DNA from: Paragordius varius
Lineage: Eukaryota > Animalia > Nematomorpha
NCBI GenBank assembly: GCA_964247055.1
Contig: OZ176050.1
Span: forward strand, 1,550,001-1,614,000
DNA length: 64,000 nucleotides
Direction: 5' to 3'
The notes under the pieces were generated by a model. That model searched no databases. It was not told where the DNA came from and worked only from the letters and a program-made list of their open reading frames with translations. The position numbers and the translations under genes are program-made. This document shows, one piece after another, positions 57,001 through 64,000 of the stretch (position 1 is the first letter of the stretch; every line of letters begins with the position of its first letter).

Positions 57001-59650
57001 TAAACTAGTCGCATCAATACTCAAGTTAAACTTTGTCCTTAAAAATCGGATATTGGTCACCGGGGAACAAATTATTTTTTATACATTCTCTTAGTAAGAC
57101 TACATCAAAATATAGAGATAGTTTGGCAAACTCTTTCATATCCAATTTTTACAACGATACTTTAAAAATTAATGTATAAAACTAGTCGCATCAATACTCA
57201 AGTTAAACTTTGTCCTTAAAAATCGGATATTGGTCACCGGTGAACAAATTATTTTTATACATTCTCTTAGTAAGACTACATCAAAATATAGAGATAGTTT
57301 GACAAACTCTTTCATATCCGATTTTTACAACGATACTTTAAAAATTAATGTATAAAACTAGTCGTATCAACAAATCGCATCAATACTCAAGTTAAACTTT
57401 GTCCTTAAAAATCGGATATTGGTCACCGGTGAACAAAATTATTTTTTATACATTCTCTTAGTAAGACTACATCAAAATATAGAAATAGTTTGACAAACTT
57501 TTTCATATCCGATTTTTACAACGATACTTTAAAAATCATGGTATTAAACCAGTCGCATCAATACTCAAGTTAAACTTTGTCCTTAAAAATCGGATATTGG
57601 TCACCGGTGAACAAAATTATTTTTTATACAACTCTTAGTAGGACTACATCAAAATATAGAGATAGTTTGACAAACTCTTTCAAATCCGATTTTTACAACG
57701 ATACTTTAAAAATTAATGTATTAAACTAGTCGCATCAATACTCAAGTTAAACTTTGTCCTTAAAAATCGGATATTGGTCACCGGTGAACAAAATTATTTT
57801 TTATACATTCTCTTAGCAAGACTACATCAAAATATAGAGATAGTTTGACAAACTCTTTCATATCCGATTTTTACAACGATACTTTAAAAATTAATGTATA
57901 AAACTAGTCGTATCAATAAATCGCATCAATACTCAAGTTAAACTTTGTCCTTAAAAATCGGATATTGGTCACCGGTGAACAAAATTATTTTTTATACATT
58001 CTCTTAGTAGGAGTACATCAAAATATAGAGATAGTTTGGCAAACTCTTTCATATCCGATTTTTACAACGATACTTTAATTATAGTATTAAACCAGACGTA
58101 TCAATACTCAAGTTAAACTTTGTCTTTAAAAATCGGATATTGGTCACCGGTGAACAAAATTATTTTTTATACATTCTCTTAGTAAGACTACATAAAAATA
58201 TAGAGATAGTTTGACAAATTCATTCATATCCGATTTTTACAACGATATTTAAAAATTAATGTATTAAACTAGTCGCATCAATACTCAAGTTAAACTTTGT
58301 CCTTAAAAGTCGGATATTGGTCACCGGGGAACAAATTATTTTTTATACATTCTCTTAGTAGGACTACATCAAAATATAGAAATAGTTTGGCAAACTCTTT
58401 CATATCCGATTTTTACAACGATACTTTAAAAATTAATGTATAAAACTAGTCGTATCAACAAATCGCATCAATACTCAAGTTAAACTTTGTCCTTAAAAAT
58501 CGGATATTGGTCACCGGTGAACAAAATTATTTTTTATACATTCTCTTAGTAGGAGTACATCAAAATATAGAGATAGTTTGGCAAACTCTTTCATATCCGA
58601 TTTTTACAACGATACTTTAATTATGGTATTAAACCAGACGTATCAATACTCAAGTTAAACTTTGTCCTTAAAAATCGGATATTGGTCACCGGTGAACAAA
58701 ATTATTTTTTATACATTCTCTTAGTAGGACTACATCAAAATATAGAGATAGTTTAGCAAACTCTTTCATATCCGATTTTTACAACGATACTTTAAAAAAT
58801 AATGTATAAAACTAGTCGCATCAATACTCAAGTTAAACTTTGTCCTTAAAAATCGGATATTGGTCACCGGTGAACAAAATTATTTTTTAAACATTCTCTT
58901 AGTAAGACTACATCAAAATATAGAAATAGTTTGACAAACTTTTTCATATCCGATTTTTACAACGATACTTTAAAAAATATGGTATTAAACCAGTCGTATC
59001 AATACTCAAGTTAAACTTTGTCCTTAAAAATCGGATATTGGTCACCGGTGAACAAAATTATTTTTTATACATTCTCTGAGTAAGACTACATCAAAATATA
59101 GAAATAGTTTGACAAACTTGTTCATATCCGATTTTTACAACGATACTTTAAAAATTATGGTATTAAACCAGTCGTATCAATACTCAAGTTAAACTTTGTC
59201 CTTAAAAATCGGATATTGGTCACCGGTGAACAAAATTATTTTATATACATTCTCTTAGTAAGACCACATCAAAATATAGAGATAGTTTGACAAACTCTTT
59301 CATATCCGATTTTTACAACGATACTTTAAAAATTAATGTATTAAACTAGTCGCATCAATACTCAAGTTAAACTTTGTCCTTAAAAATCGGATATTGGTCA
59401 CCGGTGAACAAAATTATTTTTTATACATTCTCTTAGCAAGACTACATCAAAATATAGAGATAGTTTGACAAACTCTTTCATATCCGATTTTTACAACGAT
59501 ACTTTAAAAATTAATGTATAAAACTAGTCGTATCAACAAATCGCATCAATACTCAAGTTAAACTTTGTCCTTAAAAATCGGATATTGGTCACCGGTGAAC
59601 AAAATTATTTTTTATACATTCTCTTAGTAGGAGTACATCAAAATATAGAG
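54000..59650 (+). repeat. Duplication of about 2.2 kb at a 19-mer offset (3443 bp)
   Basis: ttcaaatcc at 54238/57681, followed by the same ordered variants (ggagtac, tatagtatt, gtctttaaa, aaaagtcgg, ttttaaac, cttgttc). Confidence 0.85.
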
Positions 59651-61329
59651 ATAGTTTGGCAAACTCTTTCATATCCGATTTTTACAACGATACTTTAATT
59701 ATGGTATTAAACCAGACGTATCAATACTCAAGTTAAACTTTGTCCTTAAAAATCGGATATTGGTCACCGGTGAACAAAATTATTTTTTATACATTCTCTT
59801 AGTAAGACTACATAAAAATATAGAGATAGTTTGACAAATTCATTCATATCCGATTTTTACAACGATATTTAAAAATTAATGTATTAAACTAGTCGCATCA
59901 ATACTCAAGTTAAACTTTGTCCTTAAAAATCGGATATTGGTCACCGGGGAACAAATTATTTTTTATACATTCTCTTAGTATGACTACATCAAAATATAGA
60001 AATAGTTTGGCAAACTCTTTCATATCCAATTTTTACAACGATACTTTAAAAATTAATGTATAAAACTAGTCGCATCAATACTCAAGTTAAACTTTGTCCT
60101 TAAAAATCGGATATTGGTCACCGGTGAACAAATTATTTTTATACATTCTCTTAGTAAGACTACATCAAAATATAGAAATAGTTTGACAAACTCTTTCACA
60201 TCCGATTTTTACAACGATACTTTAAAAATTAATGTATATAACTAGTCGTATCAATAAATCGCATCAATACTCAAGTTAAACTTTGTCCTTAAAAATCGGA
60301 TATTGGTCACCGGTGAACAAAATTATTTTTTATACATTCTCTTAGTAAGACTACATCAAAATATAGAAATAGTTAACTTTTTCATATCCGATTTTTACAA
60401 CGATACTTTAAAAAATATGGTATTAAACCAGTCGTATCAATACTCAAGTTAAACTTTGTCCTTAAAAATCGGATATTGGTTACCGGTGAACAAAATTATT
60501 TTTTATACATTCTGTAAGACTACATCAAAATATAGAAATAGTTTGACAAACTCTTTCATATCCGATTTTTACAACGATACTTTAAAAATTTATGTATTAA
60601 ACTAGTCGCATCAATACTCAAGTTCAACTTTGTCCTTAAAAATCGGATATTGGTCACCGGTAAACAAAATTATTTTTTATACATTCTCTTAGCAAGACTA
60701 CATCAAAATATAGAGATAGTTTGACAAACTCTTTCATATCCGATTTTTACAACGATACTTTAAAAATTAATCTATAAAACTAGTCGTATCAATAAATCGC
60801 ATCAATACTCAAGTTAAACTTTGTCCTTAAAAATCGGATATTGGTCACCGGTGAACAAAATTATTTTTTATACATTTCTTAGTAGGACTACATCAAAATA
60901 TAGAGATAGTTTGGCAAACTCTTTCATATCCGATTTTTACAACGATACTTTAAAAATTAATGTATAAAACTAGTCGCATCAATACTCAAGTTAAACTTTG
61001 TCCTTAAAAATCGGATATTCGTCACCGGTGACCAAAATTATTTTTTATACATTCTCTTAGCAAGACTACATCAAAATATAGAGATAGTTTGACAAACTCT
61101 TTCATATCCGATTATTACAACGATACTTTAAATATTAATGTATAAAACTAGTCGTATCAATAAATCGCATCAATACTCAAGTTAAACTTTGTCCTTAAAA
61201 ATCGGATATTGGTCACCGGTGAACAAAATTATTTTTTATACATTCTCTTAGCAAGACTACATCAAAATATAGAGATAGTTTGACAAACTCTTTCATATCC
61301 GATTTTTACAACGATACTTTAAAAATTAA

Positions 61330-62830
61330 TGTATAAAACTAGTCGTATCAATAAATCGCATCAATACTCAAGTTAAACTTGTCCTTAAAAATCGGATATT
61401 GGTCACCGGTGAACAAAATTATTTTTTATACATTCTCTTAGTAAGACTACATCAAAATAGAGAAATAGTTTGACAAACTCTTTCATATCCGATTTTTACA
61501 ACGATACTTTAAAAATTAATGTATTAAACTAGTCGCATCAATACTCAAGTTATACTTTGTCCTTAAAAATCGGATATTAATCACCGGTGACCAAAATTAT
61601 TTTTTATACATTCTCTTAGCAAGACTACATCAAAATATAGAGATAGTTTGACAAACTCTTTCATATCCGAATTTTACAACGATACTTTAAAAATTAATGT
61701 ATAAAAGTAGTCGCATCAATACTCAAGTCAAATTTTGTCCTTAAAAATGGGATATTGATCATCGGTGAACAAAACTATTTTTTATACATTCTCTTAGTAA
61801 GACTACATCAAAATATAGAGATAGTTTGATTGACAAACTCTTTCATATCCGATTTTTACAACGATACTTTAAAAATTAATGTATAAAACTAGTCGTATCA
61901 ATAAATCGCATCAATACTCAAGTTAAACTTTGTCCTTAAAAATCGGATATTGGTCACCGGTGAACAAAATTATTTTTTATACATTCTCTTAGTAGGACTA
62001 CATCAAAATATAGAGATAGTTTAGCAAACTCTTTCATATCCGATTTTTACAACGATACTTTAAAAATTAATGTATAAAACTAGTCGTATCAATAAATCGC
62101 ATCAATACTCAAGTTAAACTTGTCCTTAAAAATCGGATATTGGTCACCGGTGAACAAAATTATTTTTTATACATTCTCTTAGTAAGACTACATCAAAATA
62201 GAGAAATAGTTTGACAAACTCTTTCATATCCGATTTTTACAACGATACTTTAAAAATTAATGTATTAAACTAGTCGCATCAATACTCAAGTTATACTTTG
62301 TCCTTAAAAATCGGATATTAATCACCGGTGACCAAAATTATTTTTTATACATTCTCTTAGCAAGACTACATCAAAATATAGAGATAGTTTGACAAACTCT
62401 TTCATATCCGAATTTTACAACGATACTTTAAAAATTAATGTATAAAAGTAGTCGCATCAATACTCAAGTCAAATTTTGTCCTTAAAAATGGGATATTGAT
62501 CATCGGTGAACAAAACTATTTTTTATACATTCTCTTAGTAAGACTACATCAAAATATAGAGATAGTTTGATTGACAAACTCTTTCATATCCGATTTTTAC
62601 AACGATACTTTAAAAATTAATGTATAAAACTAGTCGTATCAATAAATCGCATCAATACTCAAGTTAAACTTTGTCCTTAAAAATCGGATATTGGTCACCG
62701 GTGAACAAAATTATTTTTTATACATTCTCTTAGTAGGACTACATCAAAATATAGAGATAGTTTAGCAAACTCTTTCATATCCGATTTTTACAACGATACT
62801 TTAAAAATTAATGTATAAAACTAGTCGCAT
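61330..62830 (+). repeat. 4-mer tandem duplication (741 bp) of diverged monomers
   Basis: gtttgattgac (4 bp insertion) at 61824/62565; attaatcaccggtgacc and gtcaaattttg variants repeat at the same offset. Confidence 0.9.
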
Positions 62831-64000
62831 CAATACTCAAGTTAAACTTTGTCCTTAAAAATCGGATATTGGTCACCGGTGAACAAAATTATTTTTTATA
62901 CATTCTCTTAGTAAGACTACATCAAAATATAGAGATAGTTTGACAAATTCATTCATATCCGATTTTTACAACGATACTTTAAAAATTGTATAAAACTAGT
63001 CGCATCGATACTCAAGTTAAACTTTGTCCTTAAAAATCGGATATTGGTCACCGGTGAACAAAATTATTTTTTATACATTCTCTTAGTAAGACTACATCAA
63101 AATATAGAAATAGTTTGACAAACTTTTTCATATCCGATTTTTACAACGATACTTTAAAAATTATGATATTAAACCAGTCGTATCAATACTCAAGTTAAAC
63201 TTTGTCCTTAAAAATCGGATATTGGTTACCGGTGAACAAAATTATTTTTTATACATTCTCTTAGTAAGACTACATCAAAATATAGAAATAGTTTGACAAA
63301 CTCTTTCATATCCGATTTTTACAACGATACTTTAAAAATTAATGTATTAAACTAGTCGCATCAATACTCAAGTTCAACTTTGTCCTTAAAAATCGGATAT
63401 TGGTCACCGGTGAACAAAATTATTTTTTATACATTCTCTTAGCAAGACTACATCAAAATATAGAGTTAGTTTGACAAACTCTTTCATATCCGATTTTTAC
63501 AACGATACTTTCAAAATTAATGTATAAAACTAGTCGTATCAATAAATCGCATCAATACTCAAGTTAAACTTTGTTCTTAAAAATCGGATATTGGTCACCG
63601 GTGAACAAAATTATTTTTTATACATTCTCTTAGTAGGACTACATCAAAATATAGAGATAGTTTGGCAAACTCTTTCATATCCGATTTTTACAACGATACT
63701 TTAAAAATTAATGTATAAAACTAGTCGCATCAATACTCAAGTTAAACTTTGTCCTTAAAAATCGGATATTGGTCACCGGTGACCAAAATTATTTTTTATA
63801 CATTCTCTTAGCAAGACTACATCAAAATATAGAGATAGTTTGATTGACAAACTCTTTCATATCCGATTTTTACAACGATACTTTAAAAATTAATGTATAA
63901 AACTAGTCGTATAAATAAATCGCATCAATACTCAAGTTAAACTTTGTCCTTAAAAATCGGATATTGGTCACCGGTGAACAAAATTATTTTTTATCCATTC

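Larger units (their letters stand above)
1..64000. repeat. Tandem satellite DNA array, 178 bp AT-rich monomer (about 350 copies, head-to-tail, single orientation); candidate (peri)centromeric satellite
   Basis: The anchor ggtcacc recurs at 68, 246, 424 (period 178), then 599 and 789 (small indels and the 13 bp insertion), and continues to the end of the window. I saw no non-repeat sequence and no inverted monomers. Monomers differ from consensus by only a few SNPs or indels. Centromeric role is inferred from size and organisation only. Confidence 0.99.

Noticed and set aside
1-64000. CRISPR array (palindromic repeat at regular spacing)
   Set aside because: The sequence between palindromes is itself repeated, so there are no unique spacers. 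There is no leader or cas gene, and the period is too long.
1-64000. 5S rDNA, tRNA, spliced-leader or snRNA tandem gene array
   Set aside because: 27% GC, no A/B/C box or cloverleaf, and no conserved-gene versus variable-spacer partition; variants are spread over the whole monomer.

Overview
The whole 64 kb window is one uninterrupted, single-orientation tandem satellite array. I found no genes, RNA genes, CRISPR array or transposon insertions. The consensus monomer is 178 bp and about 27.5% GC (49 G+C by hand count): aaaattaatgtattaaactagtcgcatcaatactcaagttaaactttgtccttaaaaatcggatattggtcaccggtgaacaaaattattttttatacattctcttagtaagactacatcaaaatatagagatagtttgacaaactctttcatatccgatttttacaacgatacttta. 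A manual tally gives about 350 monomers, of which about 100 are a 191 bp form carrying a 13 bp internal duplication. Monomer size, AT-richness, homogeneity and nested higher-order repeats (HORs) are typical of a eukaryotic (peri)centromeric satellite, but I cannot identify the species or family and centromere function is only inferred. Three things stand out. (i) Each monomer has a hidden dyad architecture: a perfect 14 bp inverted repeat whose two symmetry axes each fall on a short palindrome, suggesting a degenerate head-to-head dimer of an ~89 bp unit or a foldback element. (ii) Shared SNPs and indels reveal local, nested HORs from 3-mers to 26-mers. (iii) Diagnostic variants turn over along the array, with a domain change near 19-22 kb and a more diverged last 4 kb. 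All five listed ORFs are artefacts of the repeat. Counts and offsets were done by hand, and HOR boundaries are approximate to about one monomer.
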